DNA of 64,000 nt from Candidatus Curtissbacteria bacterium RIFOXYA1_FULL_41_14 (GTDB taxonomy: Bacteria; Patescibacteriota; Microgenomatia; Curtissbacterales; GWA2-41-24): assembly GCA_001775095.1 (NCBI GenBank), contig MFCA01000029.1:153173-217172 (forward strand). Reading direction: 5' to 3'. Position numbers and translations under genes: made by a program. Of this stretch, positions 49,367-57,653 are shown one piece after another (the first letter of the stretch is position 1; the number at the start of each line of letters is the position of its first letter). The notes below the pieces were generated by a model. The model had not been told where the DNA came from and searched no databases. It saw only the letters and a list, made by a program, of their open reading frames with translations.

Positions 49367-50566
49367 TTAGGTCAATTTTGAAGGTGGGGCTTTCCAAATC
49401 CAAAGAATATTAGCCAAATAATTAAAGACGAGACCTACTAGTACTCCAGTCGCTAAACCGATTTGTTCATGAAGATGTAAAACTCTGACAAATATCAAGA
49501 TGCTGGCAAGTTGAATGACCGGACTTATGATAGAAGTTAGATTAAATTTCAAAAATCTGAGAAGCACAAATCCCTTATGTGAACGTTCTTTAAATGTCCA
49601 GTTTTCGTGGAAAATAAAATTAAAAACAATCGAAAGTTCAATGGAAATAAGCGATGCGACGAATAGTCGATCCAGTATTAAGAAAAATAATTTTGGGGCC
49701 CCAGTTTCCGGGATCATCGATAAGAGAGGTTTTGCAAAAACCGTTAGGGCATAAATTTGACCGCGATTTAAAAGGCCAAGTGCAATTGCATTCAAAAAAT
49801 AACTAACGGCTCCGACAGTCAAAAATTTAATTAACATTTTGGATTTTTGAAGGCGAGCTTTTATGCCAAACTTAATAACATCAATGGTGTAGGCAATGAT
49901 TTTCGCTTTAGAATAACCTTTTTTGCGGTCCACAAAGGTTATGGGCACTTCTTTGATTTTGGCCCCGGAGGTCATAGCAGCATACAAAAAAGCAGGCTGA
50001 ATAATGTATGTTTTTGCGCGCCAGGGAATTTTGTTGATATCAATCTTTTCAAAAAGTTTTTTTGTAAAAACTCGATAGGAATTAGTGTATTCTGACAAAC
50101 GAAACGTTCCCCAACTTAGTTTGCAATAAAGCGATGACCCTTTGGTAAAAAGTCTCCGATGCCATCCCAGTAAATTTTTTCCGCCTTTAGTCAGTCTTGA
50201 CCCATTTACCAGATCGTATCCATCATTAATAAACCCAACCATTTTTGGCAGGGTCGAAGGATCATGCGAAAGATCACCATCCATCTGGGCTAAAATATCT
50301 GCTTTAAGTCTACCAATTGCAAAACGATGGCCTTTGATTATACCTACGCCAAGTCCTCTTTGTTTTACATCGAGGTAATGAACTTTGGGATTTGTTCTCG
50401 TGATCCTCTTGACGATCTGGTCAGTACCATCAGGAGAATGGCTATCAGCAACTAATACGTGAAGATCGATTTGCGGCATAAATTTTGCCTGGGAGAGAAT
50501 CTTGGTAATTAGTTCTTCAATATTATCTTTTTCGTTGTACGTGGGAATATTAACGACAAGTCTCAT
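49367..50566 (-). CDS. GT2 polyprenol-phosphate sugar synthase fused to C-terminal GtrA-like 4-TM domain
   Basis: N-terminal 'VVNIPTYNEKDNIEELITKI...VLVADSHSPDGT' GT2 domain plus a C-terminal about 120 aa with 4 TM segments. Confidence 0.65.
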   Translation of the reverse strand: MRLVVNIPTYNEKDNIEELITKILSQAKFMPQIDLHVLVADSHSPDGTDQIVKRITRTNPKVHYLDVKQRGLGVGIIKGHRFAIGRLKADILAQMDGDLSHDPSTLPKMVGFINDGYDLVNGSRLTKGGKNLLGWHRRLFTKGSSLYCKLSWGTFRLSEYTNSYRVFTKKLFEKIDINKIPWRAKTYIIQPAFLYAAMTSGAKIKEVPITFVDRKKGYSKAKIIAYTIDVIKFGIKARLQKSKMLIKFLTVGAVSYFLNAIALGLLNRGQIYALTVFAKPLLSMIPETGAPKLFFLILDRLFVASLISIELSIVFNFIFHENWTFKERSHKGFVLLRFLKFNLTSIISPVIQLASILIFVRVLHLHEQIGLATGVLVGLVFNYLANILWIWKAPPSKLT

Positions 50567-51540
50567 ATGGTATTTTTCTTAAGTAGTTCGATATCCGCCT
50601 TAACCATCATCTCCACTAGTTGAGGAAAAGAAACTGTCGGCTTCCAGTTGAGAATTTTGGCGGCACGGGTGGCATCACCGACTAGAAAATCAACCTCAGC
50701 CGGACGAAACAGGTCCTTAGAAACCTTGACATGTTTTTCCCAATTCTTGATGCCGATAACCCCGAATGCTTCTGTTACAAATTCTGCCACGGAATGATTT
50801 TCACCCGTGGCAATAACAAAGTCGCTCGGTTTATTCTGCTGCAACATCATCCACATGGCCTTGACGTAATCACCGGCAAAACCCCAGTCGCGCTTAGCAT
50901 CCAGGTTGCCGAGTGAAATATGATCGGCTTGTCTGAGATGTATTCTAGCAATACCGTGGGAAATTTTGCGGGTAACAAATTCCAGTCCCCGTCTTGGCGA
51001 CTCGTGGTTGAAAAGAATACCGGAAATTGTAAAAAGTCCATATGACTCACGGTAATTGATAGTTATCCAATGGCCGTAAACTTTGGCAACGCCATAGGGG
51101 CTTCTGGGATGAAAAGGCGTTTTTTCGTTTTGAGGAGACTGTTCTACTTTACCAAACATTTCAGATGAGGAGGCCTGATAAAATTTAGCGTCCGGTTTTA
51201 CCTGTCTTATGGCCTCAAGCATCCGAGTAACCCCCAGAGCGGTAAATTCCCCGGTCAGAACAGGTTGAGACCAGGAAGTAGCCACAAAACTTTGGGCTGC
51301 CAAATTATAAACCTCATCTGGTTTTGAATGACTGACAGCATAAGTTAGGGATTGTTGATCCAAAAGATCGCCGGGGATTAACTCGATTTGGTCTTCAATA
51401 TGTTTGATGCGTTCGTAATTGGGAGTAGAAGTTCTTCTGGTTAAGCCAAAGACTTTGTAACCTTTGGACAGAAGAAATTCAGCAAGATAAGAACCATCTT
51501 GGCCAGTAATACCAGTAATTAAAGCGCGCTTTTGGGCCAT
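50563..51540 (-). CDS. gmd: GDP-mannose 4,6-dehydratase
   Basis: 'KRALITGITGQDGSYLAEFLLSKGYKVFGLTRRTS' and 'SPYGVAKVYGHWIT' match the canonical Gmd N-terminus and YxxxK. Confidence 0.85.
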   Translation of the reverse strand: MAQKRALITGITGQDGSYLAEFLLSKGYKVFGLTRRTSTPNYERIKHIEDQIELIPGDLLDQQSLTYAVSHSKPDEVYNLAAQSFVATSWSQPVLTGEFTALGVTRMLEAIRQVKPDAKFYQASSSEMFGKVEQSPQNEKTPFHPRSPYGVAKVYGHWITINYRESYGLFTISGILFNHESPRRGLEFVTRKISHGIARIHLRQADHISLGNLDAKRDWGFAGDYVKAMWMMLQQNKPSDFVIATGENHSVAEFVTEAFGVIGIKNWEKHVKVSKDLFRPAEVDFLVGDATRAAKILNWKPTVSFPQLVEMMVKADIELLKKNTI

Positions 51541-51544
51541 TGAT

Positions 51545-51650
51545 TAAATTCGAAATTCAAATATCGAAATCCAAAACAATTTCTAAATTCTAAATTCAAA
51601 TGATCAAAAACTTTTTTTTGAATTTTGAAAATTTGAAAATTTGAATTTGT
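51545..51650. repeat. Palindromic heptamer array: (AAATTCN)n arm facing a (GAAAATT)n arm
   Basis: aaattcgaaattcaaat...aatttctaaattctaaattcaaatgatcaaaaacttttttttgaattttgaaaatttgaaaatttgaatttg. Confidence 0.7.
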
Positions 51651-52628
51651 TTAGTGTTTCGTGCTTCGTGCTTCGAATTTTAATTTACTTCTTTCGTATT
51701 CAATTGTATCAGAAAGCGTTTTCAAAAGGGGTATTCTGGGTTGCCAACCGGTTTGTTTTTTAAACTTGTCAAAATTGCAGTAGATTTTTTCAATCTCAAC
51801 CGGGCGCAGTAAACTTGGATCTTTTTCGATTTTGATTTTGGCCGAGGAGAGTGAAAGTAACATGTCAAGTATCTTACGGATCTGAATCGATTTTCCACAA
51901 CCAATGTTGTAAACTTCACCGGGTATACCACTGTCAAGTGCTAAAAGATAGGCACGGACCATATCTCTTACGTCAGTGAAATCACGAAACGAGTTAAGAT
52001 TGCCTACTTTCATTGTCCCTTTACCTTGTTTCTCTAAAGAGACGATTCGTGAAGCAAATGCTGATACTACAAAATTAACAGACTGTCTGGGACCGATATG
52101 ATTGAAGGGTCTCACGCGTACTATATGAAGCTTATGATGCAGGAAAAATTGTAAACCCAGCATATCCTGAGCGACTTTCGAAACTGCATATGGAGAATTT
52201 GGCTTTAGGGGCGTATTTTCATCTGCCGGTAAATACTTTTCATCAATCTGGCCGTATTCGTCTGCCGAGCCGATAACCAGAATTTTTGCTTTTGATCTTA
52301 TTTTAACTAACGATTCTAAAAGATTGATTTGGCAGAAAATATTATTCTGTAGAGTTTCTTTGGGGTTTTTGAAGCTATCGGCCGGAGATGAAAAAGCGGC
52401 TAAATGAAAAACGTAATCTGGATTTATAAGTCTAACTTCTTTTTCTACTGCCTTTGTATTTTGTAAATCGCAGGCAACTACTTTTATTTGAGCTTTGATT
52501 TGCTTTAGATTACCTGTTGGATGACTTGAAAGAAAAAAACCGCAAACTGAAATTTTTTGAGAAAGTAACAATTCTGCCAGGTGACTGCCGGCAAACCCAG
52601 CAATACCGGTAATTAGGGCTTTTTTCAT
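51651..52628 (-). CDS. rmd: GDP-4-dehydro-6-deoxy-D-mannose reductase (Rmd-like)
   Basis: 'ALITGIAGFAGSHLAELL', 'SPYAVSKVAQD', 'RPFNHIGPRQ', 'YNIGCGKS' closely follow Rmd signatures. Adjacent to gmd. The 3' end carries a (GTGCTTC)x3 repeat at 51655-51676. Confidence 0.7.
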   Translation of the reverse strand: MKKALITGIAGFAGSHLAELLLSQKISVCGFFLSSHPTGNLKQIKAQIKVVACDLQNTKAVEKEVRLINPDYVFHLAAFSSPADSFKNPKETLQNNIFCQINLLESLVKIRSKAKILVIGSADEYGQIDEKYLPADENTPLKPNSPYAVSKVAQDMLGLQFFLHHKLHIVRVRPFNHIGPRQSVNFVVSAFASRIVSLEKQGKGTMKVGNLNSFRDFTDVRDMVRAYLLALDSGIPGEVYNIGCGKSIQIRKILDMLLSLSSAKIKIEKDPSLLRPVEIEKIYCNFDKFKKQTGWQPRIPLLKTLSDTIEYERSKLKFEARSTKH

Positions 52629-52717
52629 GGTTCGAATTCCTCACCATGACACTGAGCGAAAGTCGAATATGTCATGGTTCGAATTCCTCACCATGACACT
52701 GAGCGAAAGTCGAATGT
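52626..52717. repeat. Perfect-ish 46-bp tandem duplication (x2) between ugd and rmd
   Basis: catggttcgaattcctcaccatgacactgagcgaaagtcgaatrtgt x2 with one mismatch. Each unit contains an 8-bp inverted repeat (gtcatggt...accatgac). Confidence 0.85.
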
Positions 52718-52718
52718 G

Positions 52719-54020
52719 TCATCGGCCAATACCAAAGTAAGAAAATCCGCTTTCTTTTACTTTTTCGCGGTCAAACATATTGCGGCCATCGATAATAATT
52801 GGCCGCCTTAAGAGTTTTTTAGCACGCGCTAAATCTATTTGGGAAAACTGGGGCCATTCGGTAACAACTACCATCACATCCTTGTCTTTGATTGCGCTAT
52901 AAACATCTTTGGCATATTCAATTTTTGGCAGTATCCTTTTAGCGTTTTCCATCGCCTGAGGATCGTAAGCAGTAACCTGGGCGCCTAGATCTAAAAGATG
53001 ATTGATAATTTTGACAGATGGTGCATCACGCATATCATCAGTATTGGGTTTAAAAGCCAAACCCAATACTGCAACCTTCACTTGGGAAAGATTACCAATA
53101 TCGCCTTTTAGTCCTAAGGCCTTTTTAACTTTATTAATAAATGATTCGATTTGTCCTTCATTAATATCATCAACAGCCTTTAAAAGCTGAAAATCATAGT
53201 CAAAATGCCGAGAAGTAGCGATAAAGGCCAAAACGTCCTTGGGTAAGCAAGAACCGCCATACCCAACACCGGGGTAAAGAAAAGAACGACCAATCCGTTT
53301 GTCTGCCCCTACTCCTTCCAAGACTTTCTCAACGTCGGCACCGGTTTTTTCGCACAGAGTAGCAATTGCGTTGGCAAAAGAGACCTTAGTAGCAAGAAGG
53401 GAGTTTGAGGCATATTTAATAAGCTGGGCGCTTCTGATATCACAAATGATTCGCTGGCCGGAAATGGGTGCATGCAACTGTAGCAGAATTTTTTGCCCCT
53501 TTTTGCTTGCCGTGCCAATAACTATTCTATCGGGGTGAAGCGTATCCTCAATGGCTGTTCCTTCCCTTAAAAATTCAGGATTAGCTGCGAATTCGAATTT
53601 AACTTTGGCATACTTTTTGACAGTGTCTTCCAGATCATCCTCAAATCCAATCGGGATGGTGCTCTTTATAGCAATCAGTGTATACCCTTTGAGATTTTTG
53701 GCTGTCTGCTCAACGGCTGCAAATAAATAAGAGAGGTCTGCTTCGCCATCACTTTTCGGGGGAGTACCGACGCAAATAAAAACTACTTGAGAATTTGGAA
53801 CAGATTCTCTATAGCTCGTTGTAAAAAACAATCTTTTATTTTTAATATTTCTGTCGATGTATTCTGCCAAAGACGGTTCATAAAAGGGAATTTGGCCTTT
53901 CTTGAGCATCTTGACTTTTTGAGGAACCACATCAACGCAGAAAACTTTATTGCCAAGTTGGGAAAAAACTGCTGCAGTAACTAAACCTACATAACCGGCA
54001 CCGACAATTGTTAAAGTCAT
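52719..54020 (-). CDS. ugd: UDP-glucose 6-dehydrogenase
   Basis: 'MTLTIVGAGYVGLVTAAVFSQLGNKVFCVDV', 'GGSCLPKD' catalytic Cys, 'GLAFKPNTDDMRDAPS'. Confidence 0.8.
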   Translation of the reverse strand: MTLTIVGAGYVGLVTAAVFSQLGNKVFCVDVVPQKVKMLKKGQIPFYEPSLAEYIDRNIKNKRLFFTTSYRESVPNSQVVFICVGTPPKSDGEADLSYLFAAVEQTAKNLKGYTLIAIKSTIPIGFEDDLEDTVKKYAKVKFEFAANPEFLREGTAIEDTLHPDRIVIGTASKKGQKILLQLHAPISGQRIICDIRSAQLIKYASNSLLATKVSFANAIATLCEKTGADVEKVLEGVGADKRIGRSFLYPGVGYGGSCLPKDVLAFIATSRHFDYDFQLLKAVDDINEGQIESFINKVKKALGLKGDIGNLSQVKVAVLGLAFKPNTDDMRDAPSVKIINHLLDLGAQVTAYDPQAMENAKRILPKIEYAKDVYSAIKDKDVMVVVTEWPQFSQIDLARAKKLLRRPIIIDGRNMFDREKVKESGFSYFGIGR

Positions 54021-54179
54021 AGGTTAAAGTTGCGAAATTTAAATATCAAAACTCAAGATACTTGTATTAGTATAATTAGTATGAATTAGTATATTAGCAT
54101 CGATACCAATATACGAATGGATACTAATCATACAAATCGTTTCTACAAAAGTTAATCTATTTTAGCTAAATATTAACTT

Positions 54180-55085
54180 CTAAATCAATTTGCCACTCGA
54201 TTGCTCATAGATGGTCTTTATCCCCTGCTTCCAATCGGTTGGAGTAAATCCGATTTTGGCAATCTTCTCAACAATCATTCCACCCTTTATCGGCCGGGGA
54301 GTAACGTTTTCTTCCTTCAACAATTCTGCAAGTTTAGCTTTGTCAATATCCGGATTTTTACCGGTAAAAGTCAAAATCAGATATTTCGCAAAATCATAGG
54401 GATTAGTCGGACCGGGACTACACAAATGAAAAACGCCTTTCAAGTCCTTTCTGATAAGCATTGATACTGCAGGTGCCAAATCATCAATAAAAGTTGGTGT
54501 AATAATTTGGTCGGTAAACATCGGGTAAAGCGAACCTTCTTTATATTTTCTAAGTATGCTTTTGGCAAAATCTTCTTTTTGGGGAAAATTTGCTCTATAG
54601 GGATAAGATATGCGAAGGATAATAAATTCGCTAAGACCCTGGACGATTTTCTCTCCTTCTATTTTTGTGATTCCATACCAGGAAACTTTATCAAGATCAG
54701 GGCCAATCGGATCATCTTCACTGTATGGGCTGCTTTTGCCATCAAAAACAAAATCTGTTGAGATGAAAATTAATTTTCTATTATTGGACTTGCAAGCGTC
54801 GACAATATTTTTGACTCCCCTGACGTTGATATTCCAGCAAGTACCATTTTTGTCTCCTCTTTGCTTTTCGGCCCCATCAACATCAGTGAAAGCCGAAAAT
54901 AAAATAAGCCAGGCAAAATCATTTTGAAAAAAATTATCGACTGACTCTTTGTCTGTGATATCGATTTTGGGATCGGTAGAAAAATCCGCGCTTAAAAGGT
55001 CAAAGTCCCTACCCGCCAGTTCGCAGAATCGTGACCCGACCATTGACGAACAGCCAACAACAGCAAGTTTAGTTTTAGTATTCAC
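54180..55085 (-). CDS. rmlD: dTDP-4-dehydrorhamnose reductase
   Basis: 'LAVVGCSSMVGSRF', 'ISTDFVFDG', 'YGITKIEGE' match RmlD motifs. Confidence 0.8.
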   Translation of the reverse strand: MNTKTKLAVVGCSSMVGSRFCELAGRDFDLLSADFSTDPKIDITDKESVDNFFQNDFAWLILFSAFTDVDGAEKQRGDKNGTCWNINVRGVKNIVDACKSNNRKLIFISTDFVFDGKSSPYSEDDPIGPDLDKVSWYGITKIEGEKIVQGLSEFIILRISYPYRANFPQKEDFAKSILRKYKEGSLYPMFTDQIITPTFIDDLAPAVSMLIRKDLKGVFHLCSPGPTNPYDFAKYLILTFTGKNPDIDKAKLAELLKEENVTPRPIKGGMIVEKIAKIGFTPTDWKQGIKTIYEQSSGKLI

Positions 55086-55098
55086 TTTATAGTCTTAG

Positions 55099-55160
55099 CC
55101 CACCCCTGGGGTGAGCGTAGTTTTTCCTGGAGCACACCCCAGGGATGTTGCTGGACACCT
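55099..55160. repeat. 57-bp REP doublet: CACCCCTGGGGTG and its inverted partner
   Basis: ccacccctggggtgagcgtagtttttcctggagcacaccccagggatgttgctgg. Near-identical to 61340-61397. Confidence 0.8.
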
Positions 55161-55201
55161 CGTTTCGCAGGTGAAGCGGGCATGAATGATATAGAGTAAG
55201 G

Positions 55202-55723
55202 CTATTTCGATAAAAAATCTTCACGAACCTTTTGCCACTTGAGAATGTCGTTTTGCACCCTGCCTTCATCTTCTGGATTGTAAAGTTGGGTTGGAAAATT
55301 GAGAAGATATCCGGGCTCTTTGGAAACTACCATAAAGCCGTGATAAGTTTCCCGGGGTATGACAACCATAAACATTTCCTCATCTTTTTCCGGTCCCATC
55401 AAAAAAAGATTTAGGTTATCTTTGGTCCTTGATTTTTCCCGGGGGTCATAAACCGCGACGACGATTCTTCCTTTAGCGCAAATGAAACGGTCTTCCTGAT
55501 ATTTGTGGACATGCCATTTGTCTTCATCGCGAGCGATCCCGGAGGGCGTAACTGAAAAGTATTGCATGGCGAATGGCATCTCTTGACCAAATACATCTTG
55601 CCAGTCAGTTCGCAAAGTTTCGACTAAGGTGCCAGTGGGATCCTTGTGAATTATTAATTTTCGCAAAACCACTCCATCGATTAGATTATTTTGATTGGAA
55701 AAAATAAGGTAAGGATAATTCAT
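55202..55723 (-). CDS. rmlC: dTDP-4-dehydrorhamnose 3,5-epimerase (divergent RmlC cupin)
   Basis: Collinear with E. coli RmlC: 'YFSVTPSGIARDEDKWHVHKYQ' aligns with 'SFSYKGVLRGLHYQ', and 'TYHGFMVVSKEPGYLLNFPTQLYNPEDEGRV' with 'FAHGFVVLSEYAEFLYKTTNYYHPESERGI'. Sits between rmlB and rmlD. Confidence 0.6.
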   Translation of the reverse strand: MNYPYLIFSNQNNLIDGVVLRKLIIHKDPTGTLVETLRTDWQDVFGQEMPFAMQYFSVTPSGIARDEDKWHVHKYQEDRFICAKGRIVVAVYDPREKSRTKDNLNLFLMGPEKDEEMFMVVIPRETYHGFMVVSKEPGYLLNFPTQLYNPEDEGRVQNDILKWQKVREDFLSK

Positions 55724-55729
55724 ATTTTT

Positions 55730-55869
55730 GAAAATTTACAATTTACAATTTTTAATTTTTATTGAATTTTCAATAATTTAATTTTCAAAATTGATAAGAA
55801 AATATTTTAGAAAAATATTTTGAAACATTTAGATTTCATTTCAAATTGAAAATTTCAAATTTCAAATTA
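55730..55869. repeat. AT-rich spacer built from AATTTAC/AATTTCA heptamers and their inverse
   Basis: gaaaatttacaatttacaattttt...tcaaattgaaaatttcaaatttcaaatt. Confidence 0.7.
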
Positions 55870-56880
55870 TTATCTTGTGACATATTGCCTTTTATAATAA
55901 TCTTCAAATTTCTTGTCTTTCAACTTTTGCCACCAATCTTTATTGCCCTGGTACCATTTGACGGTTTCCTCAAGGGCCTGGTCAAAGTCGTATTTTGGCT
56001 GCCAGCCTAGGTCCTTCTTTATTTTAGTCGCATCGATTGCATAACGTCTATCATGGCCGGGTCTGTCTTTAACATATTCGATTTTTTCTTCCCCAAAGCC
56101 TAAAGTTTTGAGGATTTTTTTGATGATTAAAATATTGGGAATATCGTTATCAACCCCGATGCAATATGTTTCCCCTATCTTACCTTTTTCAAGCACCAGA
56201 TCAATTGCACGGCAATGATCTTCGACATACAGCCAATCCCGCACGTAAAGGCCGTCTCCGTAAACAGGAATCTTTTTGCCTTCCAAAAGATTGGTGATAG
56301 CAAGGGAAATCAATTTTTCCGGAAATTGATAGGGGCCAAAGTTGTTAGAGCAGTTAGTAATGGTAATCGGAAGAGAAAAAGTGTGAAAGTAAGCTCGAAC
56401 CAAATGATCGGAGGCTGCTTTTGAAGCGGCATACGGACTATTAGGGCTGTATTTTGTCTCCTCATTGAATCTGTCTTTCGAGTCGAGAGTAAGCGCTCCA
56501 AAAACCTCGTCGGTTGACACGTGATGAAATTTCCTGACCTTGTTTTTCAAAGCAGCGTCCAAAAGTATTTGGGTGCCGACAACATTGGTGGTGATAAAGG
56601 GCGCGGGATCAAGGATTGATCTGTCAACATGCGACTCGGCAGCAAAATTGACAACAATATCAATACCAGCCATTGCTTCTTTGACCGATACCGGATCGGA
56701 AATGTCGCCTTTTATGAAATTGTAATTGGAATTTTTCTCGAGGTCCTTTAAACTTTCTAGATTACCAGCATAAGTCAGTTTGTCAAAATTTGTTACTTTA
56801 TCTTGAGGATGATTTTTAAGCCAATAATGGATGAAATTCGAACCAATAAAACCAGCTCCGCCCGTTACTAATATCTTCAT
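55870..56880 (-). CDS. rmlB: dTDP-glucose 4,6-dehydratase
   Basis: 'MKILVTGGAGFIGSNFIHYWLKNHPQDKVTNFDKLTYAGNLESL', 'SPYAASKAASDHLV'. Confidence 0.85.
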   Translation of the reverse strand: MKILVTGGAGFIGSNFIHYWLKNHPQDKVTNFDKLTYAGNLESLKDLEKNSNYNFIKGDISDPVSVKEAMAGIDIVVNFAAESHVDRSILDPAPFITTNVVGTQILLDAALKNKVRKFHHVSTDEVFGALTLDSKDRFNEETKYSPNSPYAASKAASDHLVRAYFHTFSLPITITNCSNNFGPYQFPEKLISLAITNLLEGKKIPVYGDGLYVRDWLYVEDHCRAIDLVLEKGKIGETYCIGVDNDIPNILIIKKILKTLGFGEEKIEYVKDRPGHDRRYAIDATKIKKDLGWQPKYDFDQALEETVKWYQGNKDWWQKLKDKKFEDYYKRQYVTR

Positions 56881-57608
56881 TATTCTTTCTTGATTTCCTT
56901 GGCAACCAAAACATTGGCGCGTAGAAGTTCATCAAAAGAAGTCCCGGCATCGACCCACCAGCTCGTAAGAATTTTGCAGATCATAGTTCCTTCTTCTACA
57001 TATTTATTATTTAAATCGGTTACTTCCAATTCGCCGCGGGTGGAAGGATTTTGCTTTTTGATAAAGTCAAAGACCCGGCCGTCATACATGTAAATTCCGG
57101 TTTGACCAATATCGCTTTTGGGCTTTTGGGGTTTTTCTTCAATAGAAACTACTTTGCCGTCTTTAACTTCAATTACCCCATATTGTTTGCTTTCGGTTGC
57201 CATATGTTTACCGTAAACAACTGCACCTTTTGCAATCTTTTCAAACTCATCAACATCTGGCTTTAGAGATTGGGTGAAGATATTGTCTCCCAAAATAACC
57301 AAAATTTTGTCATTATCCGAAAAATCGCAGGCTAAATTAATGGCTTGGGCAATTCCGCCTGCTTCTTCCTGGATCTCGTAGGAAAGCCGGAGGTTAAAAT
57401 CTTTGCCGCTTTTAAGAAGATTTATGAAAGAGCCGCTGTGGCTTGGGCCGGTAATAACCAAGACATCTTTGATGCCGGCTCTGGCCATGGCCTCAAGGGG
57501 ATAAAAAATCATTGGCTTATCGTAGATGGGAAGAAGATGCTTATTGGTTACCCAAGTTAAGGGCCTGAGGCGCGTAGCATTACCGCCGGCCAGAATAACG
57601 CCTTTCAT
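56880..57608 (-). CDS. rmlA: Glucose-1-phosphate thymidylyltransferase (short form)
   Basis: 'MKGVILAGGNATRLRPLTWVTNKHLLPIYDKPMIFYPLEAMARAGIKDVLVI' is near-collinear with the E. coli RmlA N-terminus. Confidence 0.8.
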   Translation of the reverse strand: MKGVILAGGNATRLRPLTWVTNKHLLPIYDKPMIFYPLEAMARAGIKDVLVITGPSHSGSFINLLKSGKDFNLRLSYEIQEEAGGIAQAINLACDFSDNDKILVILGDNIFTQSLKPDVDEFEKIAKGAVVYGKHMATESKQYGVIEVKDGKVVSIEEKPQKPKSDIGQTGIYMYDGRVFDFIKKQNPSTRGELEVTDLNNKYVEEGTMICKILTSWWVDAGTSFDELLRANVLVAKEIKKE

Positions 57609-57653
57609 ATAGAGTAATTATATCTTTTGTGCTCCTTTTTTTCTAACTGAAGA

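Noticed and set aside
52626-52717. T-loop-like 'GGTTCGAATTCC' suggesting a tRNA
   Set aside because: The flanking bases cannot form a T-stem or acceptor stem, and the motif is simply part of a 46-bp tandem duplication.
55087-55269. 60-aa ORF overlapping the REP doublet and rmlC 3' end
   Set aside because: It is created by the REP-element sequence and overlaps a confidently assigned gene.
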